Positions 1-13,900 of a DNA stretch of 32,000 nucleotides are shown here, in pieces. The notes under the pieces are model-generated. The model did not search any database and had not been told where the DNA came from. It worked only from the letters and a program-made list of their open reading frames with translations. Origin of the DNA: Mycobacterium leprae TN (GTDB lineage: Bacteria; Actinomycetota; Actinomycetes; Mycobacteriales; Mycobacteriaceae); contig NC_002677.1 in assembly GCF_000195855.1 (NCBI RefSeq), positions 720,001-752,000 on the forward strand. Direction: 5' to 3'. Both the position numbers and the translations under genes were made by a program. Positions within the stretch are counted from its first letter, which is position 1. Every line of letters begins with the position of its first letter.

Positions 1-1
1 T

Positions 2-448
2 GGCGGACTGGTCGATGCTGATGGTTGGACCGAGAGCAGTGGTGCCACCATGTCGATCGCGTTTGCCAGCCGGGAGCTGCTCGAAGACGTCAGGCAACTT
101 GCTATCGGTTGCGGGCTATACCCCGACGGGGCGCTCGTTGAGCGAACACGGAGTGCAACCTGCAGGGACGGTCGCATCGTCACGAGCACGAGTTGGCGGT
201 TGCGGATTCAGGGCAGTCTCGACCGAGTAGGTACTCGTACACCTGGCAAGCGAGGGAAACCGGTGAGCAACAAGGGGAGAAGACAGCGGTATGTTGCTGC
301 CGCTGGGCTTAATTTCTCGTCATTGTCCACCGATACCGTCGGCTTCGCACGTTTGAAGAGTAAGACGCTGGTGGGCGAGAAGCCCACCTACGACATCCAG
401 GTTGTGGGTTTGGAGAATTTCGTTGCAAACGGGATCGTGGCGCACAAC
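2..448 (+). other. Intein, C-terminal portion (Pps1/SufB-type); N-terminal part is upstream of the window
   Basis: C-terminal splicing motifs in frame: TYDIQVVGLENFVANGIVAHN, with terminal His-Asn at 443-448, followed by Ser+1 (AGC 449-451), the first C-extein residue. Upstream sequence is non-SufB. Confidence 0.93.
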
Positions 449-1297
449 AGCTTCATTTATGTCCCGCCGGGTGTGCACGTTGATATCCCGCTGCAAGCCT
501 ATTTCCGGATCAATACCGAGAACATGGGTCAGTTCGAGCGGACGTTGATCATCGCCGATACGGGCTCGTACGTGCATTACGTTGAGGGTTGTACCGCACC
601 AATCTACAAGTCGGACTCGCTGCACTCCGCGGTGGTCGAAATCATCGTGAAACCGCATGCTCGCGTTCGCTATACGACCATCCAGAACTGGTCGAACAAC
701 GTCTACAACTTAGTCACCAAGCGCGCCCGTGTTGAAACGGGTGCCACCATGGAGTGGATCGACGGCAACATCGGGTCTAAGGTCACCATGAAGTACCCGG
801 CGGTTTGGATGACCGGTGAACACGCCAAAGGTGAGGTGTTGTCAGTGGCGTTCGCTGGTGAAGGCCAGCACCAGGATACCGGGGCCAAGATGCTGCACCT
901 GGCGTCGAACACGTCGAGTAATATTGTGTCCAAGTCGGTGGCCCGAGGTGGGGGCCGCACCTCCTACCGTGGTCTGGTGCAGGTTAATAAAGGTGCACAC
1001 GGGTCGCGCTCCAGCGTAAAATGCGATGCGCTGCTGGTTGATACGATCAGCCGCAGTGACACGTATCCGTACGTCGATATCCGCGAAGACGACGTCACGA
1101 TGGGCCATGAGGCCACCGTCTCGAAGGTCAGCGAGAACCAGTTGTTCTACTTGATGAGCCGTGGGTTGGCCGAGGATGAGGCAATGGCGATGGTGGTGCG
1201 CGGCTTCGTCGAGCCGATAGCCAAGGAGCTACCGATGGAGTACGCGCTGGAACTCAACCGATTGATCGAATTGCAGATGGAGGGTGCGGTCGGATGA
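2..1297 (+). CDS. sufB: SufB (Fe-S cluster assembly scaffold) precursor, 5'-truncated by the window edge; C-terminal intein segment plus C-extein
   Basis: Frame 2 is open from the left edge (GGLVDADGWTESSGATMSIAF...) to TGA at 1295-1297. The part after the intein junction (SFIYVPPGVHVDIPLQAYFRINTENMGQFERTLIIADTGSYVHYVEGCTAP...) is characteristic SufB sequence. Confidence 0.95.
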   Translation, partial: GGLVDADGWTESSGATMSIAFASRELLEDVRQLAIGCGLYPDGALVERTRSATCRDGRIVTSTSWRLRIQGSLDRVGTRTPGKRGKPVSNKGRRQRYVAAAGLNFSSLSTDTVGFARLKSKTLVGEKPTYDIQVVGLENFVANGIVAHNSFIYVPPGVHVDIPLQAYFRINTENMGQFERTLIIADTGSYVHYVEGCTAPIYKSDSLHSAVVEIIVKPHARVRYTTIQNWSNNVYNLVTKRARVETGATMEWIDGNIGSKVTMKYPAVWMTGEHAKGEVLSVAFAGEGQHQDTGAKMLHLASNTSSNIVSKSVARGGGRTSYRGLVQVNKGAHGSRSSVKCDALLVDTISRSDTYPYVDIREDDVTMGHEATVSKVSENQLFYLMSRGLAEDEAMAMVVRGFVEPIAKELPMEYALELNRLIELQMEGAVG

Positions 1298-2468
1298 CCG
1301 CTGTTGAAGGATCTTCACTTACAGCATTGAATAAGGGGAGGTTGTTCGCGTCGTTTGATGTCGACGCTTTCGAAGTGCCCGGTGGCCGTGACGAGATTTG
1401 GCGGTTTACGCCGCTGCGGAGGTTGCGCGGCCTACACGACGGCTCGGCCGTGGCCAATGGCAAGGTGCATATTAGAGTCAGCCAGCAGTCTGGTGTGCAG
1501 ACCGAGATCGTGGGCCGTGGCGACGGACGGCTGGGGCAGGGCGGCATCCCCACTGATCGTGTTGCAGCCCAGGCATTTTCGTCGTTCCAGTCCGCGACGG
1601 TGGTCACTGTCGGGCGGGATATGCAGATCGCTACCCCGATCAACATCGCCGTAACCGGGCCCGACAAAGGCGCAGTGGTGTACGGTCATCTACAGATCAG
1701 GGTCTGCAAATTTGGCGAAGCTGTCGTGGTCATTGACCACCGGGGGAGTGGAACTTACGCCGACAACGTCGAGTTCATTGTCGAGGCCGCCGCACGGCTC
1801 ACCGTGGTGTGGATTGCTGACTGGGCCGACGATATGGTTCATCTCAGCGCACATCATGCCCTGCTGGGCAAAGATGCGGTGCTGCGGCATATCACTGTCA
1901 CACTGGGTGGCGAGGTCGTCCGGGTGTCGGCCAATGTACGGTTCTCCGGGCCCGGTGGCGATGCCGAGCTGCTGGGTTTGTACTTCGCCGACGACGGGCA
2001 GCACCTCGAGTCCCGGCTGCTGGTCGATCACGCTCATCCCGACTGCAAATCGAATGTGCTGTACAAAGGTGCACTGCAAGGAGATCCGGTCTCGTCACGG
2101 CCAGATGCTCATACCGTTTGGGTCGGGGACGTGTTGATTCACCCCGAGGCGACTGGCACCGACACCTTCGAGGTGAACCGTAATCTGGTGCTCACCAACG
2201 GTGTGCGTGCCGACTCGGTGCCCAACTTGGAGATTGAGACTGATGAAATTGTTGGTGCCGGACATGCCAGCGCTACCGGACGTTTTGACGATGAACAGCT
2301 GTTTTATCTGCGTTCCCGTGGCATTGGTGAAGAGCAAGCCCGCCGGCTGCTGGTCCGCGGCTTTTTCGGCGAAATTATCTCCAAGATCGCGGTGCCCCAG
2401 GTGCGGGAGCGGCTGATCGCAGCTATCGAACACGAACTGACCATCACGGAATCGAGATCAACAGCCTC

Positions 2469-2472
<4 letters not shown>
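1294..2472 (+). CDS. sufD: SufD, Fe-S cluster assembly protein
   Basis: 392 aa ORF overlapping the sufB stop (ATGA). C-terminal motifs TGRFDDEQLFYLRSRGIGEEQARRLLVRGFFGEII are typical of SufB/SufD. Confidence 0.94.
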
Positions 2473-4978
<2,506 letters not shown>

Positions 4979-5004
<26 letters not shown>

Positions 5005-5326
5005 CGAGTTGCTTGCCGACGTTGAAGAGGCTATGCGTGACGTCGTCGACCCAGAATTGGGGATCAACGTCGTCGATCTCGGACTGGTCTATGGCTTGGG
5101 TCTTGAAGAGGGCAAAGAAGGAATGATCGCCTTGGTTGACATGACGTTGACGTCGGCAGCCTGTCCACTGAACGACGTTATCGAAGAGCAGTCACGCAGC
5201 GCGTTGGTCGGCAGTGGTCTGGTCAGCGACCTGCGGATCAATTGGGTTTGGAACCCGCCGTGGGGCCCGGACAAAATCAGCGATGACGGGCGTGAACAAC
5301 TGCGCGCTCTCGGCTTTACCGTCTGA
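4979..5326 (+). CDS. sufT: SufT / DUF59 (MIP18-like) Fe-S assembly protein
   Basis: ELLADVEEAMRDVVDPELGINVVDLGLVYGL ... MTLTSAACP ... WNPPWGPDKIS; start chosen as MSKITAS at 4979, within the sufU 3' end. The listed ORF opens upstream at 4940. Confidence 0.9.
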
Positions 5327-5399
5327 AAACTAAAGGTATCAACCTTCTTCCTTCCCTGCGGGTTCCCGGTGACTTCAGGATCGGCGAGTGCCACTACAA

Positions 5400-7009
5400 G
5401 TGGGGTGTATATAAGTTGTGCGTGATCGGTCAGAACGTTTTCGTCGGAGACGAGCATGATCTCATCATCGATGGATTCGATGATGCCGCGCAGTGCGGTC
5501 AATCTCGGCAACATGTCCTTGGCGAGGAACGTTGCGGCCGTGATTTTGCATTGATAGAACGCTGAATCAGTTTTTGTGTCTTTGCGTGTCGCGATGTTGG
5601 CTAGTGTGGTGCGTGCAATTATAGACTTGTACCAGTAATCGTCATTCGATCAACAGATCGTCGGCGGCCGGCAGGTAACGCACTGATTCGAGCCCCACCT
5701 CGTGAATATAGGTGAGGTGTTGCGCGGTGGACATGAGGTATTCTGGTCAGCGCACCCGTCATCGCCGTGATGTCGTCGAGCGCAGTCACAAGCAGCTTGG
5801 CATCGGTTTTCATTGATTTATTGCAGTTTTCGATGGTGTGACTGGTCCGAGCTGTTATGTGTTGTAATGCTTGACCGTGGTCACGGTGGTGTACCCCGTT
5901 GGGATCTGCGCACAAAACTTGTTGTACTATCATAGACACCCTGGTGTGCTGTGGCATAAAGATTAAGGCCCGTATGTCCTCGACGTAGGCCTTCTTGGGC
6001 ATAAGACTGCGGCACACATCAGGGTGGTGCATGATCGTGACCTGTGGTGTGGTCTTATTAGGTCATTTGGGTCAAATCTGCGCCTTGGACTTGTTTCTGC
6101 GCGTAGACAAGCGGGTTCAGGTAGCCGGTGGACAGCATGCCGGTCGACTTAACGCCGATCGTCATGCGAGTGTACTTCAATGATTGGCGACTATCTGTGC
6201 GATCCCGTTGTGCACGCCACCGGTCAGATAGCCAACGGCGGGTACGTCAGTGGCGCCGAAAGCAGCTCGTACGTGGGGGAGGACTTAAGCCATATCGCAC
6301 GATAACAAAAACGCCGTTGTAGGGACCGAATTCGAAGGCTTCGGGATCTAAAAGGTTTTTGGGGATATATGAACAAGCTTACCCCTTTAGTACCCGGACT
6401 AACGTCCTCGAGCCAGGCAGGCACTAAATGGAAGATGTTCGGCGGTACTGGCGCCGTCTCCTCCAGAGACGAATCGCTTGACCTCCTCGATGTGCCAGGT
6501 GTCGTCGGGTTATTCGACGGCCTTGGCCTAGGCCGGGCTCGTCAGGCCATTAGCGCTAGACACCCCCGTCGCTGCTTGTTTGTTGCCTTCGATGTAGAGC
6601 GCCTTGGCCATCACCGGGACCAAATTGAAGAGTACGCTGAGGGATTAGCGCAGAAGATCATTGCGTTGGCAACCCAGGTCAACGGCGGCTGTGTGGCCCT
6701 GCCACCGATCTCCTCGGTCAGACCCAGGAGGCCTACTCAGCTTCTTTGATGGCTTGGACCGACTTGACCAATTCGGCGAGCATGCTGATGGTGTGGATCG
6801 CGGGGTCGAACACCGGTGGGTTGCGTTCTGCGTAGCCAAAAGACTCAGCAACCAGTTCTTCCGCCAAGCGAGCGGCTTCGGTCAATATTGTTCGCACTGT
6901 GTCAACGTCGATATCGTCGTAACGTCTAGTGCCGAGGACGGCTGCTAGATAAAGGACCTCGAAACAGGTTGAACGCGAGATCACGGACTTTAGCAAAGTA
7001 GTGGCTCAA
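5400..7009 (-). pseudogene. Acyl-CoA dehydrogenase pseudogene (FadE5/FadE15 type)
   Basis: Minus-strand fragments in several frames, in order: LSHYFAKVRDLAFNLFEVL (TTG at ~7009), YDDIDVDTVRTILTEAARLAEELVAESFGYAERNPPVFDPAIHTISM..VKSVQAI (6733-6996), MKTDAKLLVTALDDITAMTGALT..YLMSTAQHLTYIHEVGLESVRYLPAADDLLI (~5640-5820), MLPRLTALRGIIESIDDEIML (~5514). Frames are disrupted between them. Confidence 0.8.
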
Positions 7010-7238
7010 TGCAGTTCCCTCCAGTACCGATAGTCACTCCTTGGTGTGTGTCCGACTTGGAAAAGTATGCAACCGTAACCTGGCCATGACCGCGGTCACA
7101 CACTCATAGCGACCAAGGTCGATAGCGTCTCTTTTTACGCTGGTGTCGACAGTTTGGGTGCCGTGATTACCAAAGGTATGTCCTGCCCCGCTCGTCTCAG
7201 CATCTTGAACTGTTCTGGAGCTGTCGGAGATTATTGGT

Positions 7239-8401
7239 TCATGTCACTTCGGTCGGGGTGGCTGTCTGCTGGTAGCGCTGTTCGTATGCGACTGGTGGTC
7301 GGTATTGGATTGATATTGATGAGGTGGAGTCTCGATCGTGTTGTACTAGTGCACCCAGGAGGTGGTTTCCCGTTCCAGTTCGACGCGACCGGTGAAGGTC
7401 GCATGTTGGTCGATTAATTCAGATTTGTACCGTCCCTATAGCAGAATCCATAAACACGTTGTCCAAAGCGTCGCCGACACTGCTGATGGATCCGGCGATA
7501 CCGGCCTCGTGCAGCGCCTCGGTGAACGCGATCGACGTATATTGATCCCGCGTCCAAGTGATGAATCAAATCGGTTATAGAGAATGGAGCTATGTGCAAT
7601 AGGGGGTGAGTAGCGTCTGCTCAAGCACCGATGTGACCAAGCACCCGCGGTCTTGCTGGTCATCACCTGCCAGCCCAGGATGGGGTGGGAGAACACGTCC
7701 ACACAAAACGTGGTATGGCACACCCTTTGCAGCGTCCACACATATGTGCAATCCCTTACCTGCCACTGATCCGGGTAATGACAGCATTGAGCAGGAACGA
7801 TCGAGCCGGTCGGGATGCTGCGGCGGCGAAGACTTGTCGTACTCAGTCGTACGAATGCTGCACTTATTGCAGCCTACATCGTCAATACCGGCGATACACA
7901 TCAGCCGTGTCGCCCTGTCTGGACCTCAACTGTGACCTGCGTGTGTAGTGGCGGGCTAAAGCCTGTGCACACAGTAAGATCGGTAGGTTAGCCATCCACA
8001 GATCAAACAGGATCTTGCCGTCGTACGTGTCGGTAAGATCGGCTGCCCGCACAAAACCCTGCTGCTTGACGGTGTAGTAGGTAGACGGGGGGACCTGCAC
8101 GTCAGCCTGCTCAAACATGTACATGACAGATTGGATCGACCCGCATTCTTCGCGGTGGACATTGATGTACTCTGCAAAGAATTGCGCGCGAAAGGATCAC
8201 CGCAGTCGGCGATCGACTTCCGCCGCGGTGAAAAACGCGTTCGCTATTCGCAGAATCTCGTTGACAAGCTTCAATTCTTGCACTTCACGCTCACGCTCGG
8301 CCTAATCGCGCCTCTGGCTACCACCGGAGCCCACCTGACTTCTCCCGCTATCCTCGTTGCCGCTCCCACAACTCCCGCGAGTACTTCCACTGTGATGCCA
8401 T
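7239..8401 (-). mobile_element. Degenerate IS3-family insertion sequence (orfA + orfB transposase remnants)
   Basis: Reverse-strand translation across shifting frames: MASQWKYSRELWER (ATG ~8401) ... AERERE-VQELKLVNEILRIANAFFTAAEVDRRLR (orfA C-terminus), then EYINVHREECGSIQSVMYMFEQADVQVPPSTYYTVKQ (orfB N-term), FCVDVFSHPILGWQVMTS (rve core), DAGSIYV/TRDQYTSIAFTEALHEAGIAGSISSVGDALDNVFMDSA, YKSELIDQHATFTGRVELERETTSWVH*YNT, RPPVAYEQRYQQTATPTEVT* (TGA 7241-7239). Confidence 0.88.
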
Positions 8402-10619
8402 CCATACTTACCCTCTCCCTGTACAAAAAGCCTCCAGCGAAACCAAGAAACAATTCAACATAGTTCCCTGCGTCCTTACATGTAGAACGCCTTGTAAAGT
8501 GTTTTATAGGACACCTGCATCTTTCGGGCCGGTCGGGATAGGTTTTGGGCCAACACCCCCACAATTTGTTCGGGACTGTACTTCTTGGCCAGCACACATG
8601 TCTATCTCCGTACGCAGCTGCCCACAACGCTCACCTTGCCGGCCTTTAAAGCCACTGGCCCACTGCTCACTGCATAGCTAAGCAATACAAGCTCAGTAAC
8701 CCGATTGAGCGTCTTAGCCAGCATAGTTGGTGTCGAATCAGTGCAACCCCCAAAGCAACCCGCAAACACGCGGGCCCCACCCTTGCTGGTGATCTCACGC
8801 ACGATCCCCGCCCCCACCCAACCCAAACGAACGGTTAACGATCGATCACATCAACTCACAACACTGCAACACACCGCCACCCTTTACTCCACCCCCACAA
8901 CAGAACATGCACACAAAGTACAATTCAACAATCTTGCAGATCCGTCTTTTCCGCGTAGGCCAACCACTCCAACGTCACAGACTTAGACTGGAGCCCGGTT
9001 CAAGTACTAGCGGGGATATAGGTTAAATCTAGATGGGGGCGGACGCTAACGTGCTGGTGTCTTCATCACCAGTATCGGACTAACTGGGACCTGACGGTTG
9101 GATAGTTGCGAGCGTATCCGCCGTCACTGGTCCAACCAGCTCAACTGCTCCAGCTGCATTTTGGCGATCGGGATTGGTGCACGCTTGCGGTTATGGTGGC
9201 AACTCTCATCACGGTACTGAGCGTACCGCCGTTTGGAGTCATATTGGCGATCGATTCGCTTGTCGTGCGATTGGGGCCGACACCGTGGCCGAGGTAGAGG
9301 TCAACGCTGCAGCCAGTTCTTTGGTGAGTGTCGGGCGGTGCTGGTCGGGCCGGCGTTGGTGGGTCTGACGCTAAAACTGGTGGGCATATACTGGACTTTG
9401 TCCTGTCGGCGGTCGCCTGCGCCTTGGGGCTGGTGCGGCGCTGCTGATTGTGGTTCCACTCGTTTATGACGGATCCTGGGCCGAGTAACGGACCAGCGTC
9501 GCGGACTCGTGGCTGATCGGCGCGAGCCGACCTGAACACGGTCGGAGGCGGGGTCCATGCGACCCTCGCAACTTCTCGGCCACTGCTGTCACCCCACTGT
9601 TAGTCGTCAACATTACAGTGCTTGGTGTTTGGTACGTTGCGAGCGCTTCGGTGGCCCATGGGTTGAGGCTCGGGCAGAGGGTGTCACGATAGTCATGACA
9701 CTCTTCGGTGCCGGTGGGCCTGGTAAGGTGGGCTTGCGCTGCTATCCATTGTCGAGTTACGCCGTTTGGCACGTGTCCTTGGCCGGGCCACTTAATAATT
9801 AGATTTGGTGGTTACGCTGATGGCGATCGGGGAGGTTGTTGTGCCCGCGGCTGGCTTGGCGTTGGCTGCCTGTGTGGGGTTAGTCGGCGCTGTAGCGTAT
9901 GTTCCACCGGCACCGACGTTAGTGCAGTGTTGCCGTCGCTGCTGAAGCGATGGTGCCCGCCACGGCCAACCTGCGAAGCCTCGCCGGGGAGACCCGGTGA
10001 TCGGTTCTACATGATCGCTGCGGGCGTGGCCGACGACACCGTTAATGGCCGCTGATTGGCCACGTTGGGGCTTGATGTTTAGGTTCGACGAGATCGTCTT
10101 GCTGCATGACGTGCCGTGCTCGGCAACCGTGACAGCGCGGGGACCTTGATCTGATCGCTGTGGATCGCGAGTCGTTCCAGCGGGGACGGCATGTCGGGTA
10201 ATAGACTCGCGCAACGTTTTGTCATATCTGGGTGATGGTCGTGATATGAAGGCTTAGTTGGTGAAACGGTGTGTAGTCGATGGCCTGGTTAATGGTCTAA
10301 CGTTGTTTGCTGAGTCAATTTCAGTGACGTTGACAGATTTCAATGTGTGAGCGGTGATGCCGACCTACACTGGTTTTCCTAGTTGTTTTTCGATCGTGTG
10401 CCCTGTTGCGAGAAGCCTGACATGGGCTGAAGAATTTGGCGGGGAGGTCGATAACGGTCCTTACACCACGTCGGTACTCGCGGGTGCTACCCGGCATGGG
10501 CTCCGCTGACTGTTCGCCTTAGCCCCCAAGGATCTTATGAAAGAAACTGTTTCAGAGCCTGGCCAAGTCCTACTGCGCAATGTGGTCAATAAGAACTATA
10601 GAGATGATCCTGCGAGGAA

Positions 10620-11670
10620 CCCAATGTGTGCTCAATCGTGGTAAGCCAGGCTGCGTAGTAGACAACAGGATATTTTCGTGGTCATACGGATGTCTCCGCA
10701 ACTGGATCGCCTTCTGTGCGATATGCTAGCTCTACCAGACGATCTACAGCTTCGTACGTGATGCGATGACTGGGTCGCGGGTGCTGTCGGCGATCGACAT
10801 CGCAGCGTAGAGGTTCATGCTGTGGGCCAATGCCAGCGAAATGTACATGTCCGAAGTACGCTGGAGGCGTGTCTGGAACTTATTGAATTTTATGCCGAAT
10901 TGCTTGCGAGTCTTAAGGGAATAGGTGGTCAGACAAAGCAACTTCCTCCATCGCACCGATAGTTTCGGCGCATAGCGACGACTGGATACGGATTATGGCG
11001 TCGTGTATGGCAGGAGAGGAGTCTTGCACCTGAGCGGTGTTGGCCGAGAGGCTAGGTTGAGGTGGATTCTAGTTGGATCTGATCGCCGCGCTGACTGTCG
11101 AACGTTTGCTAGGAATGTCTACTTACGGTACTAACGCTGATTAGGAACAACCCGGTGCTGCTGTCTGGCAACGCGGCGCTGGCCACCAGCTTGTCGGTGC
11201 AGTCATGGGTCAAGATCGGGTTCTTCACCGCTCAATTTCTATGAATAACATTGCTGTACAACATGAATAGCGGCATTATCGGTAGACTTTCGGTAATCGG
11301 TCTCAAGGTGAGTGAACGCAAGTAGTTTTTGGCTCGCCGCGACCTCGTTCAGCAGTTGCCGCTGTGGGTCATTGCCAAGTTCGGCGATCAGTGCTCCAGG
11401 TGCTAGTGTGCGGTATGCACCAACGGTTCGGGCGCCAACCACAGCCCGATGTCAGTGAGCATAACCATGATTTCGATCTGGCCTTCCTAAGATTGGTAGA
11501 AGCCCTAGCCGGGGTATACCGACCTCGGGCGAGCTGATTCCGGACATCACGGCTCCAACTAAGCTCGGTATCGATAACTTTGTTGCAGCTCTAAGATCAT
11601 AGTTGCACGAAAGTAGATCACGGGTGGTCTTGATGAGCAGAAGCTGTTCGTTGTTCAATTGAAAGTCCAT
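10620..11670 (-). pseudogene. Acyl-CoA dehydrogenase pseudogene (second of a tandem pair)
   Basis: Minus strand in order: MDFQLNNEQLLLIKTTRDLLS (ATG 11670), ELGNDPQRQLLNEVAASQKLLAFTHLE (11239-11442 ORF), KNPILTHDCTDKLVASAALPDSSTGLFLI (~11140-11230), DYLKTRKQFGIKFNKFQ..LQRTSDMYISLALAHSMNLYAAMSIAD (10744-10956 ORF); frames broken. Confidence 0.82.
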
Positions 11671-11689
11671 GGATTCTTTGCAATCCGAG

Positions 11690-12830
11690 AATGTTTGACG
11701 CGATGACATTGCGCTGTACTTCGTTGCTGTCGCCGTAGATCGATGTCTTCCAGTAGTTGAGTATAGCGCGAGGCGTTGGACTGCTCTCCCAGTCGAGGGA
11801 GGCGATATTTTGGCCGCAGTCGGTCTACAATGCATAGGGTCCGGCCACCTAGACCAGGAGTTCGGTCGTCACTTGTTGCACTTGGCTGTCGCGCAGCTCG
11901 AGTACCGATGACGCCGGGTTAGGCTTGCCGTCCGCAGAGGTCTGAGACCACCTGTGCTTTAGGGATTTCCAGAGCCGGAACAGTATTTTCCTACTTAGCT
12001 ACTCGCGCCGTGAACAACGGATCTCCCAACAAATCGGTCTGTTTGGCGTGCTTTTCATCTCGGCGAAGTGCACTTTGATCCTGCTAACAGCGGCTATGTC
12101 GATGCGCTTATTACTGAGCAGGAATTTTGCGTAAACCTAGCCTTGGTTCTATTGTCCAACAAGCTAATCCGGTACTCGAACGTCGGAGAAAACACCTTGT
12201 TGACTTCGTGGCCCTCATCGATCGTCTTGACCGGCCGGAAAGATCATGCTTGGTGTGGCTATGTTTATGAGTAAAAAATGAGATGTTAGAATAACATTTG
12301 AGTACTTGCGAGTCGGTACGCATCGTGCAGAAGATCTAGTCCGCGTACTAGGCTGAGTGTTGTCCACGTCTTTTGTCCATTGACGACGTAGCTGCTGCCG
12401 TCGCCCACCACGGTTGTGCGCAGTGAGGCAAGGTTGGAGTCGACTTCAGGCTCCGGCACTCCTGGTATCACCAGATATCGATGCTGACGGTCAGCGGCAG
12501 AAAGCGCTGTTTGAGTTTCTGGGATCCGAATTCGGCGATCACCGGGCCAACCATCTTGGTGTTGAAGTTCCGTGGTGCTGGGCACATGCCAACTGCATCT
12601 CGTCAGGTCCAGATCTGGTGCTGGGTGGGTGTTCAGTTCTTGCTGCCCCACTTAACCGACCAATTCGGTACTGTGAACTCGTGATCGTTGAGAATCTTCT
12701 GGCTGGTGACGATCTGGTTGTGGCTCGTCGCGGAGCCCTGGCGCATCAGCGCGTGGATCCCGTCAGGGATCTGCGTAGGTGTAGAAATGTGATGAGCTGG
12801 CCACGCAAAGTGGCTTGATTAGTGGTCAAT
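11690..12830 (-). pseudogene. Acyl-CoA dehydrogenase pseudogene (first of a tandem pair)
   Basis: Minus strand: WSVKWGS..TPTQHQIW..EMQLACA, VGPVIAEFGSQKLKQRFLPLTVSIDIWWCQG, PGVPEPEVDSNLASLRTTVVGDGSSYVVNGQKTWTTL (within ORF 12286-12651), and C-terminus LFRLWKSLKH ... TSIYGDSNEVQRNV ending just before the MDFQLNN start. Confidence 0.85.
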
Positions 12831-13049
12831 GCCAGTTTCATGGCAACCTCACGGTGTCTTGAAACATTTCCGATCGAAGACAGTAGTGCGTTCGGCACTT
12901 AGTCGTTCACCCCGAACTTCATCTTGACTCATTTCGTGCTCAATCTGTACATATAGCCTTGGTTAATCTACAGGTGCGAGCCGCGGCAGTGTTGGTCGCG
13001 ATCAGTATTGTCGCCACCCCGCTTACTGTCGGCTCATGCGAACAGAATT

Positions 13050-13900
13050 TCCCCACTCAGCAACTGCATTGGTGGTTGGTGGCTGTTTCGCATACCGATT
13101 TGCTCGCTAACGCTGATGCGATCGAAGACGCTGACACTCCCTAATTCCTTGCTTCCCCGCCGGGTTCCCGACGCATCCAATGGCACGGGCTGGATAGCCA
13201 GGGCCACAGTCCGCGCCGATTCCAGACGTGCTGGCGCCATCGCATTAGCGGTGGTGGTGCCCTCGCGGTGTTGATCACTGTGTTCACCTCGATGCTGGAC
13301 CGGCTTGCATCGGTGATGTCAGCGAAGCTCCCCGGTAGAAAAGGTTGTGTCGGTAACCCCTAGAGCGTTCACACGTACGGGTGCCGGACAGCCAGCTGGT
13401 CCTGATCGGCCGGTGGTGGTTCAGCGTGGTTGGTCTGGTGCATACCTCTGGGCTAGTCATGCTGGTGCCTGACGTGTGGATCGTCGATGCGGGGCAGAGT
13501 CTGTGGGCGGTGCGGACACCATCGGGTTGCACATGGCTCGTTCGCTGGGCGACGGAGGGCAGATCGTTGTTGGGTTGGTCTCTCTTCGGGCAGCCGAGAG
13601 TGCTAAGCAGCTTGATGATCTCGGGCTCAGCCACGCCACTGGAATCAGGGCTGTCATCGGGATCGGTCATGTAGAAGGCGAATGAGATGCTTGACCACAA
13701 TACCGCGACCGTGCAGCAGCTGGACGCTCGGTTCGGGGTAGGACTGGTCTCCGTCGTAGTGATTGTGGCCTGGCGGCAGGCCAACGGCAAGTTCATTTGC
13801 GTTTGTTTACCAGCTCGTCGGTGTTGATGGCGTCGGTTCGGCGCGGCTAGAGGAGGGCCTATGTGCTCTGGTCCGTGTTTGACGCCTGTGTGCCACCTCG
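13050..13900 (+). pseudogene. comEA: ComEA-like helix-hairpin-helix DNA-binding protein pseudogene
   Basis: Plus-strand fragments: NSLLPRRVPDASNGTGWIARATVRAD, ALAVLITVFT, VSVVGLVHTSGLVMLVPD, GGADTIGLHMARSLGDGGQIVVG, then LDHNTATVQQLDARFGVG...VIVAWRQANGKF and QLVGVDGVGSARLEE (HhH pair) in broken frames. Confidence 0.8.
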
